DNA from: a virus
Direction: 5' to 3' (one strand)
Length of the DNA stretch: 64,000 nucleotides
IMG/VR virus record: IMGVR_UViG_3300048577_000559
The position numbers were made by a program, and so were the translations under genes. The notes under the pieces were generated by a model. It was not told the origin of the DNA and searched no databases. It saw nothing but the letters and a program-made list of their open reading frames with translations. Of this stretch, positions 46,033-55,351 are shown piece by piece; the first letter of the stretch is position 1, and each line of letters opens with the position of its first letter.

Positions 46033-48528
46033 ATGAGCAAGCATCCGCCGAAACTCTACCTCGATACGGAGACATGCGGGCTGCACAGCATGATGGTGCT
46101 GTTGCAGTACGCCGTGGAAGACGGCCTCATTGTCCTGTACGAGGTTTGGCGGCGGCCCGTCCGCGAGACGCTGGCGCTGATCGAGTGGATATGCCAGCAT
46201 ACGGTTGTGGGCTTCAATCTGTCCTTCGACTGGTTCCACGTCTGCAAAATCTACACCGTCTTCCGCCTATGCGACCCGGACTGGATACCCGAAGAGCACA
46301 TCCACGAGATCGCCATGTTGGAGCCGCAGGGGCAGGACGGCCCGTGCATCAAGCCGGCGGCGGTCCTGGACCTGATGCTCCACAGCCGCAAAGGCCCTTA
46401 CCAGTCGCTAATGGCCCGCGAGGATGTCAGGATCAAGCGGGTTCCCACGGCCCTCGCCTACGCCCTGGCCCGCGAGCTAGAGGCCCGTGTCCAGTTCGAC
46501 AACATCTACTTCGCCAAGTCGGCCGACCCGGAAGCGCCCAAGTGGCAGGTCTTCGACCGGCACGATTCTTTCGGCGATCTGGATACCGAGTTCAAGGATG
46601 TCGTCTTGAAGTTCAACCCGGCTGGCGGCCTCAAGTTCCTCGCCGAGCACGCCCTGAAGCTCAAGCCCAAGTATCACTACAAGGACGTGGAGCCGCCCCC
46701 GGCGTGGCGGCCTTACGAGTTGGGCTATGCGCCCACGGCCCTGGCCGTGTCGAGTCCCGAAAAGGACTGGGCAATCGAGGCTGACGAAGACGGCGGCAAG
46801 AAAGTCACGAAGTACGCTTGGCCAGCCGTGATTCGCCAATTCATCCACCACTGGGCCACCCGTGAAGATGCCCGCGACTATGCCAACGACGACATCGTTT
46901 ATACGCGCGAGTTGGACAAACACTTCGGCTGCCCGGAGCCGGGTGACAACGACTCCACCTTGACCTGCATGGTGGCGGCCGTCCGCTGGCACGGTTTTAC
47001 AATCAACCGCGAAGGGATCGAAGCCCTGAAGGCGAAGGCCGAGGCGGCAGTGGCGGCCAGCCCGGTGAACATTAACAAGCCGAGCGAGGTCCGCGCCTAC
47101 GTCATGGCCGCGATGGACGGCACCGAGCACCTGATTCTCGACACCTCCACGAAGAAGGCCAACCTCGAAGCGATCAGCAGGTGGGGCATCGGCCAAATGT
47201 GCCCGGCGTGCAAGGGCAAGGGCCACCTGGACAAGGAAACGGACATTTGCCCGCAGTGTAACGGTGTCTGCTACGTCGGCGAGCCGGAGCCGTGCGGCAA
47301 GTGCCAGGGCGACGACCCGCACTGCGCACGCTGCGGCGGTACGGGCTTCCTGAAGGTCGGCCGGCACCCGGCCGGTGCCCGTGCCAAGGAGATCCTCGGC
47401 GTCAAGTTCGCCGCCAAGGAAATCGAGCTATACGACAAGTTGCTCTTGGCCGGCAAGTTCCATGCCTCGTTTGTCGTGATTGGTGCCCTCTCGTCCCGCA
47501 TGGCCGGGGCGGATGGCCTCAATGCCCAGGGGATCAAGCACACCAAGGAAGTCCGGCAGACGTTCCCCTTGGCCTGGAATGGGTATCTGCTCTGCGGCGG
47601 CGACTTCAGTTCCTTCGAGGTGACAATCGCTGACGCTGTGTGCGACGACGAGGCGCTGCGCGCCGAGTTGATTGCTGGCCGGAAGATTCACGCCCTGTTC
47701 GGCATGGCGATCTTCCCCGGCACGACCTACGAAGAGGTCAAGTCGAGCGACGGCAGCACGACCAACGATATGTACACGAAGGGCAAGCAAGGCTTCTTCG
47801 GTACGATGCTTTATGGCGGCGACCATAGCACGCTGGTCAACCGTCTGGGCATCAGCGAAGAAGTCGCCAAGCACGCCATCGAGAGCTTCGGCAGCCGCTT
47901 CGTGGGCGTCAAGAAGTGGCGGAAGCGGGTCGCCGATTCGTTCTGCTCCATGACCCAGCCGGGCGGCATCGGCACCAAGGTCGTTTGGAAAGACCCGGCC
48001 GATTACGCCGAGACGATGCTGGGGTTCCGTCGCTACTTCACGCTCGAAAACCGCATTTCACGCGCGATCTTCGATCTGGCCCGCAACACGCCCAAGCACT
48101 GGAAGGACTGCAAGGTCAAGGTGGTCCGCCGTGACCGCGTGCAGACTGCCGGCGGCGCGGTCTCGTCGGCCCTCTACGGGGCGGCGTTCTCGATGCAGGC
48201 GGCCAACATGCGGGCGGCGGCGAACCATGAAATCCAGTCGCCTGGTGCCGAAATCACCAAGCACGTCCAGCGGCAGATTTGGGACTTGCAGCCGGTCGGT
48301 GTGAACGATTGGCACGTCGCCCCCATGAACATTCACGACGAGATCATGTGCGTCACCCGCCCGGACATGGTTCCAAGCGTCACCGAGGTTGTCCGCGAGT
48401 CCGTCGAGCACTTCCGTCCCTACGTGCCGTTGATCGGTATGGATTGGTGCGAGGGCATGAACAACTGGGCGGAAAAGAAATCGGGAGCCACGCAGGTCAA
48501 GATCAGAGCGCCGGAGATGATGAAGTAG
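46033..48528 (+). CDS. Family A DNA polymerase with 3'-5' exonuclease domain and a DnaJ-type zinc-finger insertion.
   Basis: Exo I YLDTETCGL. Pol motif A GGDFSSFE, motif B K..GFFGTMLYGG, motif C NIHDEIM. Inserted (CxxCxGxG)x4 module CPACKGKG, CPQCNGVC, CGKCQGDD, CARCGGTG at 47199-47345. Confidence 0.8.
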   Translation: MSKHPPKLYLDTETCGLHSMMVLLQYAVEDGLIVLYEVWRRPVRETLALIEWICQHTVVGFNLSFDWFHVCKIYTVFRLCDPDWIPEEHIHEIAMLEPQGQDGPCIKPAAVLDLMLHSRKGPYQSLMAREDVRIKRVPTALAYALARELEARVQFDNIYFAKSADPEAPKWQVFDRHDSFGDLDTEFKDVVLKFNPAGGLKFLAEHALKLKPKYHYKDVEPPPAWRPYELGYAPTALAVSSPEKDWAIEADEDGGKKVTKYAWPAVIRQFIHHWATREDARDYANDDIVYTRELDKHFGCPEPGDNDSTLTCMVAAVRWHGFTINREGIEALKAKAEAAVAASPVNINKPSEVRAYVMAAMDGTEHLILDTSTKKANLEAISRWGIGQMCPACKGKGHLDKETDICPQCNGVCYVGEPEPCGKCQGDDPHCARCGGTGFLKVGRHPAGARAKEILGVKFAAKEIELYDKLLLAGKFHASFVVIGALSSRMAGADGLNAQGIKHTKEVRQTFPLAWNGYLLCGGDFSSFEVTIADAVCDDEALRAELIAGRKIHALFGMAIFPGTTYEEVKSSDGSTTNDMYTKGKQGFFGTMLYGGDHSTLVNRLGISEEVAKHAIESFGSRFVGVKKWRKRVADSFCSMTQPGGIGTKVVWKDPADYAETMLGFRRYFTLENRISRAIFDLARNTPKHWKDCKVKVVRRDRVQTAGGAVSSALYGAAFSMQAANMRAAANHEIQSPGAEITKHVQRQIWDLQPVGVNDWHVAPMNIHDEIMCVTRPDMVPSVTEVVRESVEHFRPYVPLIGMDWCEGMNNWAEKKSGATQVKIRAPEMMK

Positions 48529-48926
48529 TGGGCGACATCCGGCGGCCAAAACACAGCCAAGAGTGGCACATCCAGCAAGCGCTGATTGCCTTCCTCAAGA
48601 TTCGAGGCTGGCACGTCGAGCGGATGATCGGCAATGCCTTTCAAATGGGCGTGCCCGATCTGTTCATCGCACACCCGAAATGGGGACAGCGTTGGATCGA
48701 CGTGAAGCGACCAGGCAAGAACTACAGCTTCACCAAGGCCCAAAAGCTGAAATGGCCCGTGTGGGAAGCCTTCGGCATCGGCATCTGGATACTCACTGCC
48801 GCCACACAAGAAGAATATGACAAGCTGTTCGCGCCACCCAACTGGCGCGCCTACTGGAAAGCGTCGTGGGGTCAGGTTCCTGACATCGACGCCCTGCTGG
48901 ACGAGCTAGACCGCGAAGGCTGGTAG
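48528..48926 (+). CDS. VRR-NUC (PD-(D/E)xK) nuclease domain protein.
   Basis: GVPDLFIAH..WIDVKRPG..FTKAQ matches the VRR-NUC signature. GTG start overlapping the polymerase stop. Confidence 0.55.
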   Translation: MGDIRRPKHSQEWHIQQALIAFLKIRGWHVERMIGNAFQMGVPDLFIAHPKWGQRWIDVKRPGKNYSFTKAQKLKWPVWEAFGIGIWILTAATQEEYDKLFAPPNWRAYWKASWGQVPDIDALLDELDREGW

Positions 48927-48979
48927 CTCGCCTCTTTCAACCCGCTAAGAACCGCCAACTGCGGAGAGACCCTGCGCCT

Positions 48980-49477
48980 ATGGAACTGCAACAACGCCCC
49001 GAACCGTGGATGTGTATGCCTCTGGCCTTCGCAATGGCCTTGGACACGCCCGTCGCCGACCTGCTCGCGGCCATCGGCCATGACGGCAGCGAGATCGTCT
49101 TCCCCAATCTGCCCGAGCCGCTGTGCCGACGCTGTTTCCACATCCAAGAGCTAATCCAAGTCGCCCTGGCTCGCGCCTTTGCCGTCACGCCGGTGGAACT
49201 GTTCCCCGTCCTACAACCCACGGAAGGCGGGCCACATAAGGCGGTGCTCTATGCGGACAACAACTGGCGACGGTTCGAGGAGACGATCCGGGCGAGTCGC
49301 GGCGTGATTGACGGCACCGGCGCACGCTTCGGCCACACAGTCGCCTACGACCACGGCCACATCTACGACCCCAAGGGGTCGGCCTACGACTACTCCCGCC
49401 TCGCCTGCGAGGCCCACCAGTTCTACACCCGCTGTGCCTGGCGGATTGATCCCGTTGGAGAACGCACCTGTGAGTAA
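48980..49477 (+). CDS. Putative papain-like cysteine peptidase (C39-like).
   Basis: Cys in EPWMCMPLAFAMAL and His in GHTVAYDHGHIYDP. Confidence 0.3.
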   Translation: MELQQRPEPWMCMPLAFAMALDTPVADLLAAIGHDGSEIVFPNLPEPLCRRCFHIQELIQVALARAFAVTPVELFPVLQPTEGGPHKAVLYADNNWRRFEETIRASRGVIDGTGARFGHTVAYDHGHIYDPKGSAYDYSRLACEAHQFYTRCAWRIDPVGERTCE

Positions 49478-50153
49478 CCAGTACAACGAGAAGCTAGTTG
49501 CCGGTCTGCACCATGCGACCAACGACGAGACATGGACTGCTGAGAAGAACGCCGACTTGCATCCGCTCGTTGCGGCGGGCGACAAGGAAGCTCGTGAGAC
49601 CATGATTAACGGCAACATGCCGTTAGTGCTCTCGAAGGTGGAAGCCTTCATCCGTTCGTTCCCAAGTATCGCACATCTCCGCGATGATTTGGTCAGTGCT
49701 GGATGCGTCGGCCTGGTCAAAGCTGTCAACAAAATGGCTCGCGGCGAGGGGCCGCGCAACACCGATCCCGTTGCGCCAACTGATTTCATTGGCATGTGGA
49801 TCAATCGTGAACTTGGGGAATTGGTTGAGGCAGAACATACCATTCGATTGCCTCCTCGTTCCAAGTATCGCGCCCGTGCGAATGGACAAGAGCTAGAAGC
49901 GCCCGAGGTCTGCAACGTCATTCCCGAACGGTTCGCGGTTCCCTCCTGCGAAGAGGAACTGGAAATCCGCGATCTGATCGACTCGTGTTGCGTCTGTGAA
50001 GACGAGCGGACGTTTGTTGCCATGCGGGAAGCGGGCTACACCCTCGTCGAGATTGGGGCCGCCATTGGCAAATCGCGCATGGCCACACAACGCATGGCCA
50101 AGCAGATTGACGCCCGCGTGCAGCGCAAACTGGAGGCCCTGCGCAACGCATGA
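49470..50153 (+). CDS. Sigma-70-family sigma factor (phage-encoded, ECF-like size).
   Basis: A region-2-like segment, and a region-4 HTH YTLVEIGAAIGKSRMATQRMAKQI near the C-terminus. GTG start, 227 aa. Confidence 0.5.
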   Translation: MSNQYNEKLVAGLHHATNDETWTAEKNADLHPLVAAGDKEARETMINGNMPLVLSKVEAFIRSFPSIAHLRDDLVSAGCVGLVKAVNKMARGEGPRNTDPVAPTDFIGMWINRELGELVEAEHTIRLPPRSKYRARANGQELEAPEVCNVIPERFAVPSCEEELEIRDLIDSCCVCEDERTFVAMREAGYTLVEIGAAIGKSRMATQRMAKQIDARVQRKLEALRNA

Positions 50154-50758
50154 TCCGACGCATCTTCTTAGACCTGGACGACGTGTGCAATACGCTGGCA
50201 CCTTTCGTGCTGCACTCGGTCGGTTGCGGCATCGGTCCAAGCGACTACGCTCGCTACCCGCGTGAACACGGCTTCAACATCTCGGCCGCCGCCAACGCCA
50301 TGTTGGGTGAGCCGCGCTACACCCCGGCCACGCTCTGGGCGTCAATCCCGCGTTCCCTGTGGGTCAAGGTGCCCGAATCGGACTTCTTCGCTTGGCTGTT
50401 GGACACCTGCGCTCAAGCCGTTGGCCGCGAGAACGTGTGCATCGCCACCTCGCCCACGAAAGACCCCGATTGCCTGGCGGGAAAGCTGGAGTGGATTCAC
50501 GACCACTTTCCCGAGTGGATGCACCGGCAGTACGCCATCACGCCCCGGAAGCATCTTCTCGCTCGTCCTGACTCCCTGCTGATCGACGACTACAGCGAAA
50601 ACATCGAGCGGTTCGAGGCCCACGGCGGCTACGCCATCACCGTCCCAAGGCCCTGGAATGAACATTGGGCTTCAGACCCTCGCGGGTACTTGGAAGAAAA
50701 ACTCGCGGTGGCACTCCAGAAGTCACCCGGATTTACGATCTCCCAGCGGAGAGACTGA
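50150..50758 (+). CDS. 5'(3')-deoxyribonucleotidase-like HAD hydrolase (NT5C family).
   Basis: N-terminal DxD motif IFLDLDDV, as in NT5C and phage dNMP nucleotidases. Confidence 0.5.
   Translation: MIRRIFLDLDDVCNTLAPFVLHSVGCGIGPSDYARYPREHGFNISAAANAMLGEPRYTPATLWASIPRSLWVKVPESDFFAWLLDTCAQAVGRENVCIATSPTKDPDCLAGKLEWIHDHFPEWMHRQYAITPRKHLLARPDSLLIDDYSENIERFEAHGGYAITVPRPWNEHWASDPRGYLEEKLAVALQKSPGFTISQRRD
50714..50751 (+). promoter_or_regulatory. Bipartite motif copy C: CTCCAGA-N16-GATCTCCCAGCGGAG.
   Basis: Exact half-sites with a 16-nt spacer, within the 3' end of the NT5C-like gene and 31 nt before ATG 50783. Confidence 0.45.
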
Positions 50759-50782
50759 CAAATCTTTTGAGGTGACACGTAC

Positions 50783-50949
50783 ATGCACGTCGTCGAGTTC
50801 ATTCCGGCCGATTGGTTGGAGCGGGCCGCTTGCTGGCCCGGCCTGACGGTCTACAGCCGGCCGGTGGCAGTCGAGCGACGGGTCCGCACGCGGCGGACAG
50901 CCGACGTGGAATTGCTGCTCCGATCCCTGCTTTCGGTACAGGTGCAATG
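50783..50949 (+). CDS. Small ORF (55 aa) downstream of motif copy C, possibly a leader peptide.
   Basis: ATG 50783, MHVVEFIPADWLERAACWPGL. Not in the supplied track. Confidence 0.2.
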
Positions 50950-52092
50950 ATGGCGCGACGCGAGTTTCTGCAATTGGCCGATCACTACGACCCGCGCAAG
51001 CATAGCGTGGCGGGTTGGTTTGTATCGGAAAAGCTAGATGGCACTCGCTGCTTTTGGGACGGCGGACTGACCCGTGGCCTGCCCACTGAGGAGGTGCCCT
51101 GGGCCTCGATCATCGACCCCAAGACCGGCCAGAGGAAGGCCAAGATCAAGCCCGTAGCGACCGGCCTGTGGAGCCGCTACGGCAATCCAATCATGGCCCC
51201 CGACTGGTGGCTCAATCGGCTGCCGGCTTGCCCACTGGACGGCGAGTTGTGGGCTGGACGGGGCAAGTTCCAACTTTGCCGGAGCATCTGCGGCGGCGAC
51301 ACCCCGGACGAGCGATTCAGCCAGATCGTCTTCGCGGTGTACTCCACACCGCCGCTCGCCGCGATCTTTAGCACCGGCGAGATCAAGAACGCCAACATGG
51401 TCTGCAACGTCGATTACCTCACGATTGAAGCGTGGATCAGACAGCGCCTCAATTCCCGAGGCGAGCGATTCGAGGGCGTCCCTGTTCCCAAGCGCTGCCT
51501 GGGCGACCATTTCAAGTTCCTGACCGCCGGCCAGACATTCGGCAAGGAAGTGGCCGTGCTCAGCGAGGCCCTGGAGAACACGGATGCCTCGATTTGCTAC
51601 CTCCACCGGCAAACAAAGTTGATCGACATTCCGGCCGAGGCCAACGACCAGGTGGAATCCTACTTGCAACGGGTGCTCGACCAGGGCGGCGAGGGCGTTG
51701 TGATTCGCAGCCCCGACGCCATTTGGATGCCGAAGCGCCACCGCAGCATCCTCAAGTACAAACCGTTCCAGGACGCCGAGGCCCGTGTGGTTGGCTTCAC
51801 CAGCGGCCGTGAGACGAACAAGGGCAGCCGGCTCTTGGGCAAGATCGGTGCCCTGATCGTGGACTACTGCGGCAAGCGATTGGAGCTAGCGGGCCTGACC
51901 GACACCGAGCGGGAATTCGCTGATCCGATGGCCCGCGATTGGGCCACCAACAACCCTGGCATCGACACTCCCTACTGGGTTGAAGGCAAGCAATTCAAGA
52001 AGGGCCAGATGGTCACGTTCAAGTACCGCGAACTGACCGACGACGGCGTTCCCAAAGAGGCGCGCTACTGGCGGCGGAGGGATTCCGAGTGA
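50947..52092 (+). CDS. ATP-dependent DNA ligase.
   Basis: Adenylation motif I SEKLDGTRC (KxDG). The length of about 381 aa fits a minimal phage ligase with OB domain. Confidence 0.75.
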   Translation: MMARREFLQLADHYDPRKHSVAGWFVSEKLDGTRCFWDGGLTRGLPTEEVPWASIIDPKTGQRKAKIKPVATGLWSRYGNPIMAPDWWLNRLPACPLDGELWAGRGKFQLCRSICGGDTPDERFSQIVFAVYSTPPLAAIFSTGEIKNANMVCNVDYLTIEAWIRQRLNSRGERFEGVPVPKRCLGDHFKFLTAGQTFGKEVAVLSEALENTDASICYLHRQTKLIDIPAEANDQVESYLQRVLDQGGEGVVIRSPDAIWMPKRHRSILKYKPFQDAEARVVGFTSGRETNKGSRLLGKIGALIVDYCGKRLELAGLTDTEREFADPMARDWATNNPGIDTPYWVEGKQFKKGQMVTFKYRELTDDGVPKEARYWRRRDSE

Positions 52093-52189
52093 CTGCAATG
52101 CCCAAGATCGCCTATCGCCAGTACGGCGGCACACCGAAGTCCGATTCACCAATTTTTGAGCGATTGATCCGACCAATGAGGTTCGCACC

Positions 52190-53212
52190 GTGAGTCAAGC
52201 CGCAGAACTATCGCGTGTTCAAGCCAACATCGGCAGTCTCGTGGAAACGTTCGTGCGGGACCGCTGGCAAACTGCGCAGCCGCGTTTCTACATCCAGGAC
52301 TTGCACGACTACATCGCCGCCCGGACACAGATTGCCCCGGCCTCCCCGGATCGCATCCTCCGGCAGCTTCGGCTGGAAGGCAAGTTCGACTACAAGATCG
52401 TCAACCGCTCGGACTCCTGCTACGAGATCACGGCAGTCAATTCCGGCCCGAAAGGCAAGCCAGCGAAAGCCTCGGCACTCAAACGCAACCCGAAACAGGA
52501 AGGCACGCCGTTCTTCGACTGCATCCCGCAGATCGGGCCTTGCCCCATCGGCTGCAACCAGTGCTTCTACAACCGGCCGGGGGCCTACTACGTGCCCATC
52601 GACCGCCCACACGTCCCGACGCCCGAAGAAGTGGGCGACGGCATCGTGCGGATGAACTGCGGAAACGACAGCAACAACCAGCGCGACCTGGTGATCGAGA
52701 CCGCCAAGCGGTATCGGCGCTATTTCTTCAACACGTCGATCCTCCGCTTCGATTTTCCCGGCCCGGTCGTGCTGACGGCCAATCCCAAGGAGGAGCAAGA
52801 GGGCAGCTACGCCATGCCGAACCGGCACGGCGACGACTGGCACTCGCCGGACGCCAACCTGATGTTCGTGCGCCTTCGCACGTCGGCAACCAATCTGCGG
52901 CTGGTGGATCAGGCCGTGGCTGCCTGGACCGCCGCCCAGGTGCCGGTGGTGATTACCTTCATGGCCTACTACGACCATGAGCCGCAGGTGCCCGCCGACC
53001 TGCTCTTCAAGGGCGAGTGCTACCAGTGGCGTGTGCGGCACATCAATTCCTACTGGTGTCCGACCAAGGAGTTCATGCGCTGGGTCATGTACCGTTACGC
53101 CGGCAATCGGCTGGTGAGCATGTGCAGCAGCATCAACTCGGCCTACTGCCGGGACTGCCGCAACTGCGAGAGCCACTATCTGCAAACCATCAAACGCTTG
53201 AAGGGTGAATAA
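52190..53212 (+). CDS. Hypothetical protein with CxxxCxxC motif (possible radical-SAM-like or Fe-S protein).
   Basis: GPCPIGCNQCFYN C-x3-C-x2-C motif. GTG start, 340 aa. Confidence 0.3.
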   Translation: MSQAAELSRVQANIGSLVETFVRDRWQTAQPRFYIQDLHDYIAARTQIAPASPDRILRQLRLEGKFDYKIVNRSDSCYEITAVNSGPKGKPAKASALKRNPKQEGTPFFDCIPQIGPCPIGCNQCFYNRPGAYYVPIDRPHVPTPEEVGDGIVRMNCGNDSNNQRDLVIETAKRYRRYFFNTSILRFDFPGPVVLTANPKEEQEGSYAMPNRHGDDWHSPDANLMFVRLRTSATNLRLVDQAVAAWTAAQVPVVITFMAYYDHEPQVPADLLFKGECYQWRVRHINSYWCPTKEFMRWVMYRYAGNRLVSMCSSINSAYCRDCRNCESHYLQTIKRLKGE

Positions 53213-53213
53213 C

Positions 53214-53360
53214 ATGGCCGGACTCGTGACCCTCGTGATTTCTCTCTTGGCCGGTGCTGTGGTCGTGACCATGACGTGCCCGCCGGTCGTGGCCGTTATC
53301 ACGGTCTGTTGCATTTGCTTCATCGGGGCGATCGTCGCCAAAGCAATGGGGAAAATCTGA
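53214..53360 (+). CDS. Small hydrophobic membrane protein (48 aa).
   Basis: MAGLVTLVISLLAGAVVVTMTCPPVVAVITVCCICFIGAIVA. Not in the supplied track. Confidence 0.25.
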   Translation: MAGLVTLVISLLAGAVVVTMTCPPVVAVITVCCICFIGAIVAKAMGKI

Positions 53361-53638
53361 TGGCAACCGCGCAGCAGAATCGGGACTTCGCCGACGAAAT
53401 GCTCGTCCAGTATCCGCTGGACCAGGCCATCGAATGGATCAAGGCCAATCTCTCCCCAGGCGACGTGTTCGACGAGGACCGGCTTACCGAGCACACACGC
53501 AACAACATCGAAATCGACGACGTGTACTCGGAACGGAACATTCTCGATTTCGTCCGGGGAACCTACAACCCGGCTGAGGTCTTCGGCACCGGCGAGCTAG
53601 AAGGCTGGGCCGAAGGCGAAGGCTACGTGAAGGAGTAG
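53360..53638 (+). CDS. Hypothetical acidic protein.
   Basis: 92-aa ORF. Confidence 0.3.
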   Translation: MATAQQNRDFADEMLVQYPLDQAIEWIKANLSPGDVFDEDRLTEHTRNNIEIDDVYSERNILDFVRGTYNPAEVFGTGELEGWAEGEGYVKE

Positions 53639-53684
53639 CCAGTCACTTTGCTATCAACCATCAACTGTTTCGCACTGCGCGCCG

Positions 53685-54188
53685 ATGAAACTGCGACTTC
53701 GCCACTGGGTAAGGCTGACGCTGAGGGTGGCTCTCTACTCGCTCATCGTGCAACTCAGCATCCCGATCATTGGCGGCATGTACTACAGCATGACCGGCGA
53801 CCACCGCGGCGAGCAGAGGTATCTCGACCGCTCCGTCGCCCACCTGAAACGGATGCGGGCCTTCTGCGACGACCCCGATCTGCAAAGCGTCTTGGATTAC
53901 ACGATTCGGCGCTACCACAAGGTCGGCGCGTGGGACGTGATGTTCATGCCGCTGACCGGGCCAGTGATTAACCCCGGTGGCGAGGCGGGCAAGTCCATTG
54001 GCTGCAACTGCCCCTGGTGTCCGGGCGTGACGCTCGACACCTGCCTCTTGATCGACTTCGCGCCCGAGGAAACCGCCATCGTGCTGGCGCACGAGGCCCT
54101 GCACGACTACTGGCCCTTCTTCGGCCACGACCATATCAACGCCCGCGAAAAGAGACTCCAAGAGCTAAGTGATGCCGTCCGCCGGTAA
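53685..54188 (+). CDS. Putative zinc metallopeptidase-like protein (HExxH).
   Basis: HEALHD motif and N-terminal hydrophobic segment. Confidence 0.35.
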   Translation: MKLRLRHWVRLTLRVALYSLIVQLSIPIIGGMYYSMTGDHRGEQRYLDRSVAHLKRMRAFCDDPDLQSVLDYTIRRYHKVGAWDVMFMPLTGPVINPGGEAGKSIGCNCPWCPGVTLDTCLLIDFAPEETAIVLAHEALHDYWPFFGHDHINAREKRLQELSDAVRR

Positions 54189-54696
54189 GTACCGCACGAT
54201 CATCGCCGATCCGCCGTGGACCCCGACGCTCAACGCGGGGCACCCGTCCTTCAAGGCGGGGCCGCAGCGGCAGTACCGGACCATGAGCGTGCGGGACATT
54301 TGCAGCCTGAAGGTGCCGGCCGCCAAGCAAGCCCACTTGTGGCTGTGGGTGGTGAACCAGCACGTCGATTGGGGCTACGAGGTGGCGCGGGCCTGGGGCT
54401 TCGAGCCGTGGAACGTGCTCACTTGGGCCAAGCCTGGCCTGGGCGTGGGCCGCTTCCAGTGCAATAGCGAGCACGTCCTGGTCTGCCGCAAGGGGCCACG
54501 CCACGGCAACCCCTTCGGCCCGACCGGCGGAACGTGGTTCGCATGGCCGCGAGGCCGTCACAGCGAGAAGCCCGAGGAGTTCTACCGGCTCGTGGAGTCG
54601 GCGTCTCCCGGCCCTTACCTGGAAATGTTCGCCCGCACCCGCCGATCTGGCTGGGACGCCTTCGGCAACGAAGTGGAAGGTTCGATCTGCTTATGA
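54169..54696 (+). CDS. MT-A70-family N6-adenine DNA methyltransferase.
   Basis: DPPW catalytic motif (IIADPPWTP) and MT-A70-like length. Confidence 0.7.
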   Translation: MMPSAGKYRTIIADPPWTPTLNAGHPSFKAGPQRQYRTMSVRDICSLKVPAAKQAHLWLWVVNQHVDWGYEVARAWGFEPWNVLTWAKPGLGVGRFQCNSEHVLVCRKGPRHGNPFGPTGGTWFAWPRGRHSEKPEEFYRLVESASPGPYLEMFARTRRSGWDAFGNEVEGSICL

Positions 54697-55340
54697 GCTA
54701 CACCCGCGAACAGATTGCCGCTGCCCTGGACTTGGCCGTCTTGAAGCCGACCGCCACGGCCGCCGACGTGCGCGCCGCTTGTGCCCTGGCCGTCGCCCGG
54801 CAGATCAAGTCGGTCTGCGTTGCCCCAGTCTGGGTGCCGATGGCGAGCGACTTGTACGGCAACGTGTGCGCCATCATTGCCTTTCCCCACGGAAACACGC
54901 TGCCCGAGGCCAAGTACGCCGAGGCCCTAGCGGCAATGGACTGTGGGGCGAAGGAACTTGACGTGGCGGTCAACTACGGCCGGTTTCTCGACAGCGGCCA
55001 CCACGACGCCTTCTGGGACATCGCCGCAATCGTCAAGGCGGCCCACCCACGCGGCGTGCTCGTCAAGGCGATTCTGGAAACCTGCTATTACACGCCGGAC
55101 CAAATCCGCGAAGCCTGCCGCCTGTGTGTCAAGAGTGGTGTGGACTTCGTGAAGACATCGACCGGCTTCGGACCCGGCGGGGCCACGCCCGAAGCCGTCA
55201 AGACCATGTTGGAAGCCGTCAATGGCGAGGCCCAAGTGAAGGCCAGCGGCGGCATCAAGACCTACTCCGACGCCGCCCGCTACCTGGACCTGGGCTGCAC
55301 TCGCCTCGGCTCGTCCCGCTACTTGGAGCTGCTGCCGTGA
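54693..55340 (+). CDS. deoC: Deoxyribose-phosphate aldolase.
   Basis: DLAVLKPTAT, SVCVAP, Schiff-base Lys context DFVKTSTGF and VKASGGI, typical of DeoC. Confidence 0.75.
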   Translation: MSYTREQIAAALDLAVLKPTATAADVRAACALAVARQIKSVCVAPVWVPMASDLYGNVCAIIAFPHGNTLPEAKYAEALAAMDCGAKELDVAVNYGRFLDSGHHDAFWDIAAIVKAAHPRGVLVKAILETCYYTPDQIREACRLCVKSGVDFVKTSTGFGPGGATPEAVKTMLEAVNGEAQVKASGGIKTYSDAARYLDLGCTRLGSSRYLELLP

Positions 55341-55351
55341 AGAAGTCCAAG

